DNA of 64,000 nucleotides from Candidatus Vogelbacteria bacterium RIFOXYD1_FULL_44_32 (GCA_001823065.1 MHTJ01000004.1:37839-101838), one strand, 5' to 3'. Counted from the first letter of the stretch, positions 35,577-45,444 are shown. Made by a program: numbers and translations. The notes: generated by a model from the letters alone, not told the origin.

Positions 35577-37595
35577 ATGCCATTAAAGGAAGATAAATAT
35601 AAGCTCTACTTGGCTTCTGGCATCCGCCTGTGGACGCTATTTTTCAAAGATGGTTATTCCCCTTATTTCAATAAAAAAGTTTCCCTGTTTGAACCGGCGC
35701 TCATAGACAATCAGTACACCGGTGAGCATCGCAAAATACCGATCAAAATTGCGACTAAGGACTTGGGTGAGATAAACAAATGCGATGCGGTGTTAGCCTA
35801 TATGAAAATGTACGATACCCAAGGCAATGGGCCAACGGGTACCGACAGCTCTTGGGAATGTGGTTATGCTATTGGGCAGGAAAAACCGACTATTATGCTG
35901 GTGGAAGATTTGGAACACCTCGACTATTACACATCCCAGTGGATGGTGACTTTTAGTATTGGTGCCATTTTAACTACAGATAAAGAGGTGGCGGAAAGTG
36001 CCCGGCACAGTGATAAGTTTACCCATACCGCCATTTTACTCTGCGAAAACAAAGAGCAGTTTGAAGACAAAATTATAGAGTATTTAGACAAATACTACCG
36101 CTCTATCTATGCACGTGAAGGCGAGATAAACTATTCCGTTGACCAGGAAATTAGAAAGTATGTCGACGAGAAAAATTTGCAGGAGTTTTTTGAGGAGTGC
36201 CAGAGTGGTATACCAGTTGAAGATAAACCCACCACTTGGTATTACGACAAAAAAACTAAATATAATGACCCCACCACCTATCTGGCGGTCTGCACGTCCG
36301 AGGTGGAGCGGGCCGGGCGTCTGGAAAACATAATTGAAAATAATTTTAACGACTTGCCACAGGTCCTTAAAAGTGAAATCGGACAGTTGCTGGAGCAGAT
36401 GGAAAATGACGGAGCCAGTCACGTGGCCGAGATGGCAAGCTACTGGCTTAATATTCCAGCGGCCAAGGTTAAAGACCGCCGGCAGGGCAAGAAAAAAACT
36501 CGCCCAACTATTTTTTATGAGTTATTTGATTTGGTCAGCCACCACATTGTCGCTTCGGAAAGATATTTTGAAGCAGATTTTGTTTATAAAGCCGGAGCAG
36601 TAATTGAAATATATAATTGGCTAAATACCTATGCCATAGATGATGTGTTTGACAGTTCGGCCACTAGGCAGGGTGAGTCGACACTGCATGAAAAATATGG
36701 CAGCCGGCGCAATGCTCTTCTGGTGGGAGGTATTGGCCATTGTCTTGCTCTTTATTTACTGTACGAGTTGACCAAAAAACAACCGGAAGCAGCCAAGGAC
36801 CTGCTTTCGAGCTTAAACAATGTTCAGAAACTAATGTATCTGGGGCAACCTCACGACATTGCTCTCACTTTTGACAGTCGTTGGCAATTAAAATCTTTTA
36901 TAAAAAAGAATAGTTTAGATACGGCCTTACAGCTTTATTTTAAAAGAATATACGGCATTTGCGGGGCGTTTTACGAGGAGATTGGTCGGATGGCGATGAA
37001 GGCGACCAATGTTGGTGCACAATTTTATGATCAAGAGGAAGTCGAGGAAGCCTGTGTTTCCATTGCGCGGCAATTTGGCTTAGTGCAGATGATTCGCAAC
37101 GATCTCGGCGATTTTATTACGGCGGCAGATATGCCGGGGATGAGCAAGGGGATGAAAGATACCTCTCATAACGACATCGCCGAAGGCAAGCTAACACTAC
37201 CTGTCATCTATACACTATTTAGTCCAGAGGTGTCGACGCGCGATAAAAAAATAGTTATCCGGGCACTTGGTAATCGACGACTGAAAGATTCGGCACGAGC
37301 GGAAATCAGTCGAATCATCTGGGAAAGTGGGGCGATAGAATTTTCCCTGCAGTTTATCGACTACTATGTGCGGGCGGTGCGAAGACAATATGTGCGCCAT
37401 ATTAACGAGACGCCGACCCGTTTGAAATGGATTTTGAAGCTGATGGATATTACCCCGCTCATTGATATTTCTTTTCGGCGGGTGGCTTTGGACAGAAAGT
37501 GGCGCAAACTAGAGCCCTTGCCTTTTTCGGACGACATGGTCGGTGAGTTGGATAAACTGGCCGAGAGGGGTAATTTTTTGGAATCACGGAAGTAA
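35577..37595 (+). CDS. Fusion protein: N-terminal nucleoside 2-deoxyribosyltransferase/LOG-like domain + C-terminal trans-isoprenyl-diphosphate-synthase-like domain
   Basis: N-terminus YKLYLASGI...DLGEINKCDAVLAYMKMYD...GTDSSWECGYAIGQEKPTIML matches the NDT motif DxxLGxYIPDEEDxGxxxELGYAxxxGK, including the catalytic Glu. C-terminus has an FARM-like AIDDVFD...RRN, a SARM-like VQMIRNDLGDF and GKxxxxDIAEGKLTLPVIY. Confidence 0.7.
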   Translation: MPLKEDKYKLYLASGIRLWTLFFKDGYSPYFNKKVSLFEPALIDNQYTGEHRKIPIKIATKDLGEINKCDAVLAYMKMYDTQGNGPTGTDSSWECGYAIGQEKPTIMLVEDLEHLDYYTSQWMVTFSIGAILTTDKEVAESARHSDKFTHTAILLCENKEQFEDKIIEYLDKYYRSIYAREGEINYSVDQEIRKYVDEKNLQEFFEECQSGIPVEDKPTTWYYDKKTKYNDPTTYLAVCTSEVERAGRLENIIENNFNDLPQVLKSEIGQLLEQMENDGASHVAEMASYWLNIPAAKVKDRRQGKKKTRPTIFYELFDLVSHHIVASERYFEADFVYKAGAVIEIYNWLNTYAIDDVFDSSATRQGESTLHEKYGSRRNALLVGGIGHCLALYLLYELTKKQPEAAKDLLSSLNNVQKLMYLGQPHDIALTFDSRWQLKSFIKKNSLDTALQLYFKRIYGICGAFYEEIGRMAMKATNVGAQFYDQEEVEEACVSIARQFGLVQMIRNDLGDFITAADMPGMSKGMKDTSHNDIAEGKLTLPVIYTLFSPEVSTRDKKIVIRALGNRRLKDSARAEISRIIWESGAIEFSLQFIDYYVRAVRRQYVRHINETPTRLKWILKLMDITPLIDISFRRVALDRKWRKLEPLPFSDDMVGELDKLAERGNFLESRK

Positions 37596-37653
37596 ATACC
37601 CTAATGGAAAAAATTTATATGGTGATGAAGGAAAAGGGGTACGAAGTTAGATA
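37588..37653 (+). repeat. Second, diverged copy of the pheT 3' end (direct repeat of 34805-34870, ~80% identity, ORF-preserving)
   Basis: ggaagtaaataccctaatggaaaaaatttatatggtgatgaaggaaaaggggtacgaagttagatag corresponds to gaagtaaataccctaatggaaaaagtttataaggtggtgaaggaaagaggttgggaagtcagataa. In the pheT frame it translates EVNTLMEKIYMVMKEKGYEVR*. Confidence 0.85.
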
Positions 37654-37666
37654 GTCTAAAACTACA

Positions 37667-38392
37667 ATGAAAATTATCGGTGTTAAGACGCCTCTGTTAA
37701 AAGCAGGAGATGATCTAATTCAGTTTATAATAAAAAACATCCCATCTCTCTCGGAGGGAAGTGTTGTTGTGGTCACATCAAAAATTGTAGCCTTGGCTGA
37801 AGGTCGGCTTGCTCCTTTGTCGGCAAAGGAAGCTATTATCAAGCGCGAGTCAAAGGAGGTGATTGAAACTCCCTATGGTTTCCTAACACTAACTAAAGAT
37901 GGCTGGTGTGTAAATGCCGGCGTTGATGAATCTAATGCTAAAGATGGTCTTATTTTACTACCCCTTGATGCTTTTCAGTCGGCCGAAGTTTTGTGTCGCT
38001 CTTTGCGTCAGAAATTTAAAATAAAAAAACTGGGTGTGCTTATTACTGATACTAAGAGTGTGCCGCTTCGCGTGGGCACAGTTGGGCGGGCGCTTGGTTT
38101 TGCTGGCTTTCAGCCACTGCGGAGCTATATCAACAAGCGTGATCTTTTTGGCCGTAAAAGTCGTTTTACAGAAAGTAATCTGGCAGACTCTCTCGCGGCG
38201 GCGGCAGTACTTCTGATGGGCGAGGGAAGCGAGCGTGTTCCACTGGCTGTCATACAGGAGGCACCTGTTACTTTTGTGGGAGTTGGCACTAGTCAGACTA
38301 CTAAACTGTCGTTACCGCCACAGCTAGATATTTTTCGTTACGTTTTTAGTCGGGCGTCTTCACCTCGTGCAAAGAAAAAACCGAAACGCTAG
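37667..38392 (+). CDS. CofE-like F420-0:gamma-glutamyl ligase family protein
   Basis: VVTSKIVALAEGR and NAGVDESN-type motif GVDESNAK characteristic of the CofE/FbiB N-domain family. Confidence 0.55.
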   Translation: MKIIGVKTPLLKAGDDLIQFIIKNIPSLSEGSVVVVTSKIVALAEGRLAPLSAKEAIIKRESKEVIETPYGFLTLTKDGWCVNAGVDESNAKDGLILLPLDAFQSAEVLCRSLRQKFKIKKLGVLITDTKSVPLRVGTVGRALGFAGFQPLRSYINKRDLFGRKSRFTESNLADSLAAAAVLLMGEGSERVPLAVIQEAPVTFVGVGTSQTTKLSLPPQLDIFRYVFSRASSPRAKKKPKR

Positions 38393-38422
38393 GTCGCGTT
38401 TCGGCTCTAGGGGCCGATATGG

Positions 38423-39438
38423 TTACAGCCCCTTTTCCAAGCTCTTCAAGACTTTCAGGTAAAGTCTTTTCACGATTTCCTCCTGCTTCTTGCCGGAGGC
38501 GGCATAGTGGTCTAGACCGGGGGCGGCGTTGATCTCAATGACGGTGTAGCGACCGGGCGCTTTTGTGATGTCGCTTTTTACCATGAGGTCGACACCGCAC
38601 ATTCGCAGACCCATGTCGGCTGTCAGTCGGATTGCGATTTTCTTAAACTCAGGATGGACGGCACCGGTGACATCCACCGAGTCGCCGCCGGTAGACAGGT
38701 TGGCATTGTCGAGCAGGTAGACTACTTCGCCCAGTTTTGGCACCGAGGAAAAGGCGAGTCCTTGCCGAGCCAGTTTTCCCGCAATGCGAGGGTCTCGCAC
38801 CTTTATCTTGGTGTCACGGCTTGAAGCGATGAAGTTTTCCTGCTTTTTGCGCAGGAGGGCGCGGATACTCAAACGCCCGTCGCCTGTGACGCTAAGTGGT
38901 TGCCGCTCATAGGCCGAGATCAGCTCGCCATCAAGGATGACCAGTCGATAGTCTTTGCCGGCGATCGGTCTCTGGACGAGGGCGATCTTGTCGCGGGTAA
39001 ATATGTAGCGCATCGCTTCATAAAATTCCCGCCTGTTGTGGACAAAAGCCACGCCGGTGCCTTGGCTGCCGCTGTTTGGTTTTACGACCACCGGAAAGCC
39101 AATTTTCTTGGCGTATTGGTAGGCGGCAGACAGGTTGCGCTCGGATCCGATTGCCTTGCACCACCAGTCGGCATAAAATGCCTCGCCGGGGACAGTGGGG
39201 TAGCCCATCTTCTTCATAAAGAAGTTGGCCCAATCCTTATCCTTGGCGATGTCCGAGGCACCGACCGGGTTTAGGTCCACCGTATTGTACCGGATGTACC
39301 GTTTGCGCCCACTTTTGTAGACGATCTGGCCGACGATGCCCCATGTGGGTTCCATCAATACTTTCGCCCCGATCAAGGGAGCGATTTCTTGGAGTAGGGT
39401 GCCGACGAGCGGCGTGGTGTTGCGCTTTTTCTTCTTCA
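38423..39438 (-). CDS. Stand-alone ATP-grasp ligase with cyanophycin-synthetase-type ATP-grasp domain
   Basis: VVVKPNSGSQGTGV...NANLSTGGDSVDVTGAVHPEF...GVDLMV...VIEINAAPGLDHY. Start chosen at MKKKKRNTTP (RBS GAAGGA); a longer N-terminus is possible. Confidence 0.65.
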
Positions 39439-39776
39439 TAGGGTTAATCCTTCTTTCTGCTTTTTTCTGCTTTGTTTCAAAATCTTGTTCATTCATACCA
39501 CAAATAATAGTAGCTGGCAAAGATTTGAACTCCTGTTTCTGTGATAAAATATGACTACTTTGTCTAATTACCGTTCTCTCTAAATAGGACTTTTTGTACC
39601 TAATGGGTATAAATTGGCTAAAATGGTGGCAGAGATGGGAGGGGGAAATAAGTACTAATTTGACTTTGTTTTTAGTGACTAAATATGCTAAAATGGAGGT
39701 ATAAAAATAGTATTTTTTGACCATATTTTAAGCCAATTTTACCCCGTCTTGTCGAGGTATTTATTTACATATTAAG

Positions 39777-41849
39777 ATGCCTAAAAAACCTGAAACTACC
39801 AAACGCCACTATGGGGCCGATGATATTGTGGTCCTAGAGGGCCTAGAAGCCGTGCGCAAGCGCCCCGGCATGTATATTGGCTCAACCGGCGAAGAGGGTC
39901 TCCAGCACCTCATGGTGGAGATTTTTGACAACTCGCGTGACGAAGCGATGAACGGCTATGCCGATGAAATTGAGGTGGCCATTTTGCCGGGCAATGTTAT
40001 CCGCGTGGTGGACAATGGGACTGGTATCCCCGTGGAAAAGCATAAAAAAACTGGGGTTTCCACTTTGGAAACCGTGCTCACAGTGTTGCACGCTGGAGGT
40101 AAATTTGAGGGTGATAGCTACAAAATATCGGGTGGTCTACACGGGGTGGGTGCCTCGGTGGTAAACGCCCTGTCCGAGTGGCTCTCGGCCGAGGTGCACC
40201 GCGATGGTGGCCGGTTTGTCCAGAGTTTTAAAATTGGTAAGAAAGACAAAGATGTTAAAAAGGCGGGCGCTTCTGACAAGCATGGTACGATTATTGCTTT
40301 CAAACCCGACGCGACCATTTTTTCGGAAACAGTTTTTGATTGGCAGAAGGTGGTAAACCACTTGCGCGGGCAGGCTTATCTCGTAAAGGGGGTGCGTATT
40401 CGCGCCATTGATGCGCGTGACTATGCGGGAAAAATAGACACCGACGGTGTGTTTTATTTGTCCGAGCTAAAACTGCCGGTCCCATCTCAAACTTTCTATT
40501 TTGAAGGTGGACTTTTGTCACTTATCAAATTTTACAATCAAAAAGAAAAGCTGGCTCATCGCAATATTTTTTATGTGGAAAAAGAGGCGAGCAATATTAT
40601 GGTGGAAATTGCTTTGCAATATATCGATGATATAGACGCCAAAGAAATTACTTATACCAACAACACTCGTACGCCCGAAGGTGGTACGCACCTCACTGGT
40701 TTCCGCACGGCGCTGACACGAACACTCAACGACTACGGCCGGAAAAATAATTTGATTAAAGAAAACGAAGACAACTTTACCGGCGACGACGTGCGCGAGG
40801 GTATTGTGTGCGTAGTTTCGGTCAAATTGCGTGACCCGCAGTTTGAAGGCCAGACCAAAGCCAAGCTCGGTAGTGTCGAGGCGCGCGGGGCGGTGGAAAC
40901 AGTTTTTGGCGAATCTTTCCAGATGTTTTTGGAAGAAAACCCCGATGACGCCAAGTCGATTATTTCCAAGGTGGTGCTAGCTCTCAAGGCGCGGAAGGCC
41001 GCCAAAGCCGCCAAGGATTCGGTTTTGCGCAAGGGTGCCCTCGATGGCCTAGCCCTACCGGGGAAGCTCGCTGATTGCCAGACGAGGAATGCCGAAGAAT
41101 CTGAGCTATTTATTGTGGAGGGAGACTCGGCTGGTGGTACGGCCAAGACGGGGCGGGATCGGCGGACGCAAGCCATTTTGCCACTGCGGGGCAAGATTTT
41201 GAATGTGGAAAAAGCCCGGCTCGATAAAATGTTGGCCTCCAAAGAAGTGAAGTCACTGGTGATTGCACTCGGCGCTGCTATTGGGGACACTTTTGATATT
41301 TCTAAACTTCGTTATCACAAAATAATTCTGGCCTCCGATGCCGACGTGGACGGGGCGCATATTCGCACTCTATTGCTGACGCTTTTCTACCGCTACTACC
41401 GACCACTTATCGAGGCGGGGCATTTGTATATTGCGCTACCACCTTTGTATATGATTAAAAAAGGTAAGGAGGTGGCCTATGCCTACAATGATGACCAGAA
41501 GGATGAAATAGTGGCCGCCATGGGGGGTATGGCGGCCGAGGCGGTCGTGGAAGTAAGTGATGGTCCGGCCGATGAAGTCGAAGAAGAATCGGCTGACGCG
41601 GTGGAGGAAGCCGAAACCAAAAAACGTTTTGCCAAAATACAGCTCCAGCGCTACAAGGGTCTCGGGGAAATGAATGCCGAACAGCTGTGGGAAACTACCA
41701 TGGATCCGGACACGCGCATTTTAAAACAAGTTACCATTGAGGACGCTGAAGTAGCTGACGGGGTGTTTGATGTTTTAATGGGCGCCGAGGTAGAACCCCG
41801 CCGGCTGTTTATTCAGACGCATGCCAAGATGGCGAATTTGGATATCTAG
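39777..41849 (+). CDS. gyrB: DNA gyrase / topoisomerase IV subunit B
   Basis: GHKL ATPase N-terminus (LEAVRKRPGMYIGS...LHAGGKF), Toprim EGDSAGG, and a C-terminal QRYKGLGEM. Confidence 0.9.
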   Translation: MPKKPETTKRHYGADDIVVLEGLEAVRKRPGMYIGSTGEEGLQHLMVEIFDNSRDEAMNGYADEIEVAILPGNVIRVVDNGTGIPVEKHKKTGVSTLETVLTVLHAGGKFEGDSYKISGGLHGVGASVVNALSEWLSAEVHRDGGRFVQSFKIGKKDKDVKKAGASDKHGTIIAFKPDATIFSETVFDWQKVVNHLRGQAYLVKGVRIRAIDARDYAGKIDTDGVFYLSELKLPVPSQTFYFEGGLLSLIKFYNQKEKLAHRNIFYVEKEASNIMVEIALQYIDDIDAKEITYTNNTRTPEGGTHLTGFRTALTRTLNDYGRKNNLIKENEDNFTGDDVREGIVCVVSVKLRDPQFEGQTKAKLGSVEARGAVETVFGESFQMFLEENPDDAKSIISKVVLALKARKAAKAAKDSVLRKGALDGLALPGKLADCQTRNAEESELFIVEGDSAGGTAKTGRDRRTQAILPLRGKILNVEKARLDKMLASKEVKSLVIALGAAIGDTFDISKLRYHKIILASDADVDGAHIRTLLLTLFYRYYRPLIEAGHLYIALPPLYMIKKGKEVAYAYNDDQKDEIVAAMGGMAAEAVVEVSDGPADEVEEESADAVEEAETKKRFAKIQLQRYKGLGEMNAEQLWETTMDPDTRILKQVTIEDAEVADGVFDVLMGAEVEPRRLFIQTHAKMANLDI

Positions 41850-41860
41850 CATCTTGCCCA

Positions 41861-41894
41861 CAAAAAATCCCGACTACTGGTCGGGATTTTTTGT
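41861..41894 (+). terminator. Rho-independent terminator
   Basis: Hairpin aaaaaatcccgac-tact-ggtcgggattttttg. Confidence 0.85.
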
Positions 41895-42007
41895 GGTTGC
41901 AAATGCTTGACCCAGCCCCTGCCCAGGCCGAGGGCGGGTGCCGAATAGGCACATCTCCCTTGTGTGTGAAGCGCGAGGCCGTATGACCTCTGGGGCTTGG
42001 GTATTAG

Positions 42008-42228
42008 GGCGCTCGCCTAGCTTCCCTTTCAAAACACATCGCCACACCTCTAGAGGTGTGGCGATTCTGCTCCACCGTGGCCGTTTGGCCTTGCCCCTGC
42101 TGGGGCAAAATACCTAAGGCCAAAACCCTGCCGGCCGACAGCTCCGCAAGGTTTTGGAAAGGGAACTAGGCTCACTAACTCGAAAAAGATAAATGGTCAG
42201 CAAAAGGAGTAAGCTCGCTGGGTTGGGG
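42008..42228. repeat. Structured intergenic repeat, family B copy 1
   Basis: Shares a ~170-nt core with 51637-51810 and 54513-54690 (cctttccaaacaca...ctgctccagcggggccgtttggcc...ggccaaaaccctgccggccg...ccgcaaggtttggaaaggg...ctcgctgggttgg). This copy has an extra ~35-nt insert before the 3' tail. Confidence 0.75.
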
Positions 42229-42262
42229 GATTACGAAGCGCGCAGTAGAGCTTGTCTTAGGG

Positions 42263-42706
42263 TTATTCAGCCAAAGGCGAGCCAATTCGTTTCTCCTTTC
42301 TTTTAATATGAGATTCGATCAAATAATAGATAATAGGGTACCACAGTGGGAGCCAGACAAAGATATATAAATATTTAATCTCAACAATTCTTTGTAAATA
42401 TAAGCCGATTGGTAGTACCCAGTATAACAGACCCAAATATATGCGTAGGCCCATGGTCTGCATAACCAATGTCGTTTGTTTTTTGTCTTGATCTGATACT
42501 TTACCGCTTGCTAGTCCTATGGCTACTGCTACTCGTATCATTGTGAGATTGAGGAGTACGGTGACGATAACGATAACGTGAATACCGATAAATATATAGT
42601 TGATCAGGTTATTACTTATAACCAACTGCAATAGTAAATAAACAACAGATAAGCAGTAAGAAATTATACCTAAAGTAAGACTGGATTGTTTGCTGGTTGA
42701 ATTCAA
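42263..42706 (-). CDS. Hypothetical multi-pass membrane protein
   Basis: Four hydrophobic segments; no recognised motif. Confidence 0.45.
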   Translation of the reverse strand: MNSTSKQSSLTLGIISYCLSVVYLLLQLVISNNLINYIFIGIHVIVIVTVLLNLTMIRVAVAIGLASGKVSDQDKKQTTLVMQTMGLRIYLGLLYWVLPIGLYLQRIVEIKYLYIFVWLPLWYPIIYYLIESHIKRKEKRIGSPLAE

Positions 42707-42737
42707 AGTCCTTGTTTATTAAATAGATACAAAGGGT

Positions 42738-44486
42738 TCAGGAACGATTTTTTATTTCGGTTTGGAGTTTCTCAACCAATTTTTCAGTTAATATTTCTTC
42801 TTTATCTCCCGCGCGGTTTTCAATGGTCAAGTTGCCCGAATCTTTTTCCTTGTCGCCGATGACAACAAAATAGGGGACCTTGGAAGTTTTGACGGAGCGG
42901 ATGCGTTTGCCGAGGGAGTCACCACTGGCTAAATATTCCACGCGAACGCCAGCCTCTTTTAATTTTGTCACCACCTCTTCGGCAAATTTATCATGAGCTT
43001 CGGCTACCGGTAAAATAGCGACCTGGACAGGTGAGAGCCAAGTGGGGAAGGCACCGGCATAGTGTTCGATGAGGAAAGCCATAAAACGTTCGTGAGTAGA
43101 AAGAGGGGCACGATGAATAACAAACACCTCGTTGTTGTCCTTGCCTTCATTGTCGATATAAGTAAGTCCAAAGCGAGTTTTAGCCACAAAGTCGAGCTGG
43201 ATAGTGGACATAGTTTCCTCGCGACCAATGGCCGATTTAAATTGGACATCAACTTTTGGCCCATAAAAGGCGGCTTCATCTTCTACCTCGGTAAATTTTA
43301 CACCGAGTTCAACTAAAACTTCTCGCAAAACCGTCTCCGCAAAATCCCAGTTGGCTGGCTCATTGATATATTTATCCAAATGCTCGGGGCTCCACTTGGA
43401 CAAGCGAAACCAATAATCGGAAAGGTTAAATATTTTAAAATATTCCATTACTAAAGCCATCACATTTTTGAATTCGTCTTTGATTTGATCTTTACGACAG
43501 TAAATATGGGCATCGTTCATCGCTAAACCCCGAACCCGCAGGAGCCCAGCTAAAGTGCCAGATAATTCATTGCGATAGACGGTGCCGTATTCAGCGTAGC
43601 GGATTGGTAATTCGCGGTAGCTATGGGGCAGGTGTAAATAAATAGTGTGATGATGAGGACAATTCATCGCTCGCAGGTAATAGGTGCCATCGTCCATAAC
43701 CATTGGTGGGTACATTCCATCTTTATAGTAAGGTAAATGTCCTGAACGGAGGAAAAGTTCTTCTTTGGCGAGGTGAGGAGTAGAGACCCGCTGATAATTA
43801 CCCTTGTCTTCCATGGCTATCGCTAATTTTTCAATCTCATTGCGCATAATGGTACCGTTTGGTAGCCACATAATAAGACCCTTGCCCACTGTGTCGTCGA
43901 CAAAAAATAGATTTAGTTCTTTGCCGAGTTTGCGATGGTCTCTTTTTTCGGCCTCCTCGCGTTTGGCGACATAGTCTTCCAGTTCAACCTGGTTATCAAA
44001 GGCCAAGCCATAAATGCGGGTGAGCATAGTGTTGTTAGAGTCACCGCGCCAATAGGCACCGGCGAGGCGGTCTAACTTAAAGCCGGCTGGGTCAATATCG
44101 GTATTGGGAGCTTCCGAATGACCACCTCGACACAAGTCCGTAAAGTTTCCAATCGTGTATAAAGTAATTGGTTCGCCCTTGGCCACAATTTCGTCGATGA
44201 GTTCTAGCTTGTAGGGGTTGTTGGTGTAAATTACTTTGGCTTCTTTGTCGGTAACTTCTCGATGTTTAAATTGCGACCAAGAGGGGAGAATTTCCCGCAT
44301 CTTGGTTTCTATTTTTACTAGATCGTTTTCGGACAGGGGAGAAGTAAATTCAAAATCGTAGTAAAAGCCATTGTCGATGGCTGGTCCGATGGTGTTTTTT
44401 GCATCGGGATAAAGCTCGAGGATGGTTGCCGCGAGGAGGTGGGCGAGCGTGTGACGTTTATTAGCTAAAATATCAGCATTAGACAT
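42738..44486 (-). CDS. thrS: Threonine-tRNA ligase
   Basis: Class II aaRS core with HRKLGKELNLFF...MWLPNG and a C-terminal anticodon-binding domain. Start chosen at MSNADIL. Confidence 0.9.
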   Translation of the reverse strand: MSNADILANKRHTLAHLLAATILELYPDAKNTIGPAIDNGFYYDFEFTSPLSENDLVKIETKMREILPSWSQFKHREVTDKEAKVIYTNNPYKLELIDEIVAKGEPITLYTIGNFTDLCRGGHSEAPNTDIDPAGFKLDRLAGAYWRGDSNNTMLTRIYGLAFDNQVELEDYVAKREEAEKRDHRKLGKELNLFFVDDTVGKGLIMWLPNGTIMRNEIEKLAIAMEDKGNYQRVSTPHLAKEELFLRSGHLPYYKDGMYPPMVMDDGTYYLRAMNCPHHHTIYLHLPHSYRELPIRYAEYGTVYRNELSGTLAGLLRVRGLAMNDAHIYCRKDQIKDEFKNVMALVMEYFKIFNLSDYWFRLSKWSPEHLDKYINEPANWDFAETVLREVLVELGVKFTEVEDEAAFYGPKVDVQFKSAIGREETMSTIQLDFVAKTRFGLTYIDNEGKDNNEVFVIHRAPLSTHERFMAFLIEHYAGAFPTWLSPVQVAILPVAEAHDKFAEEVVTKLKEAGVRVEYLASGDSLGKRIRSVKTSKVPYFVVIGDKEKDSGNLTIENRAGDKEEILTEKLVEKLQTEIKNRS

Positions 44487-44616
44487 TTGTTTATAATAAC
44501 AGAAAGGCCTATTTTTCAAAATAGACAGGTCTTGCAAAAAAACTACAAATATGGTATGGTTGAGAAACAAACGGGTTCTGAGGCATCAATAGACGACTTA
44601 ATAAAAACTCATAAAT

Positions 44617-45378
44617 ATGACCAATAAACTTAAAACCATAATCCTAGCCCTTATTTTAGGCCTTTTAGTGGTGCCCACGGCTGGTCAGGCTATATCATTG
44701 TCTGACTTGGAACGGGAACTTTTACGTCTGCAGGGTTTATATGAAGCGCAGTTACTAAAAGTGGGCCGAGAAGAAAATTATGTGATACCAAAAACACCAA
44801 CGCTTATTACTACGGCCGATTATGACTGTACCAAAATAGAAACTACACTTCGCTACCAAATGGTGGATTATCGTGGCCATGAACCAATCAAGGCTCTCCA
44901 AAATTTTCTCAAAGCCAATGGTGATTATACTTTTCCTAGTGCCACTGGCTACTTTGGTAATGAAACCAAAAAAGCGGTGACTCGTTTTCAACAGCGGGTA
45001 GGGATTGTGCCGGCTGATGGTTATGGAGTAGTCGAAGCGACAACCCGAAATCGGATTGAAAGTATTTCCTGTGCAGATGATAAATTGGCTATTAAGCCAG
45101 CTATCCTACCTAGTACAATTGTTGGTGCCAATTATGACACGCTAATTTACGCCACCAATTTTCGGGGTGACCCATCTTTTTTAATTATAAATGGGCGGTT
45201 GCCAGTCGGTCTTAAGCTCATAAATTTGGCCGATGGCCAAGCGACTATTTCTGGTCGGACTCGCCGGGCTGGGGTTTACACTTTTACGGTGAAAGCGATT
45301 GGTACTGGTGAACAAGAAACTGAACGGACGTATACCATAATTTCTAATGATCGAGATGGAGCGTTGTTTGGACCGTAA
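44617..45378 (+). CDS. Secreted peptidoglycan-binding / putative-Ig-domain protein
   Basis: Signal peptide, a PG_binding_1-like region LQNFLKANGDY...GYFGNETKKAVTRFQQRVGIVPADGYGVV, and a He_PIG-like LPVGLKLINLADGQATISGRTRRAGVYTFTV. Confidence 0.65.
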   Translation: MTNKLKTIILALILGLLVVPTAGQAISLSDLERELLRLQGLYEAQLLKVGREENYVIPKTPTLITTADYDCTKIETTLRYQMVDYRGHEPIKALQNFLKANGDYTFPSATGYFGNETKKAVTRFQQRVGIVPADGYGVVEATTRNRIESISCADDKLAIKPAILPSTIVGANYDTLIYATNFRGDPSFLIINGRLPVGLKLINLADGQATISGRTRRAGVYTFTVKAIGTGEQETERTYTIISNDRDGALFGP

Positions 45379-45390
45379 AAATAAATAGAA

Positions 45391-45430
45391 AACCCGCCGC
45401 CGGCTCTGGTGCCGGCGGCGGGTTTTTATT
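45391..45430 (+). terminator. Rho-independent terminator
   Basis: Hairpin aaaacccgccgccggc-tctggt-gccggcggcgggttttt. Confidence 0.85.
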
Positions 45431-45444
45431 TTCCAACCAAGCGA

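Noticed and set aside
38423-39724. Full 433-aa ORF for the ATP-grasp gene
   Set aside because: The first ~85 residues are low-complexity with no domain. An internal Met with an RBS (MKKKKRNTTP) gives a typical ATP-grasp length, so the longer form is kept only as an alternative.
39439-39776. Possible oriC / DnaA boxes upstream of gyrB
   Set aside because: No TTATCCACA-like boxes are present. Only two GCTAAAATGG direct repeats, which look like -10 elements, were seen.
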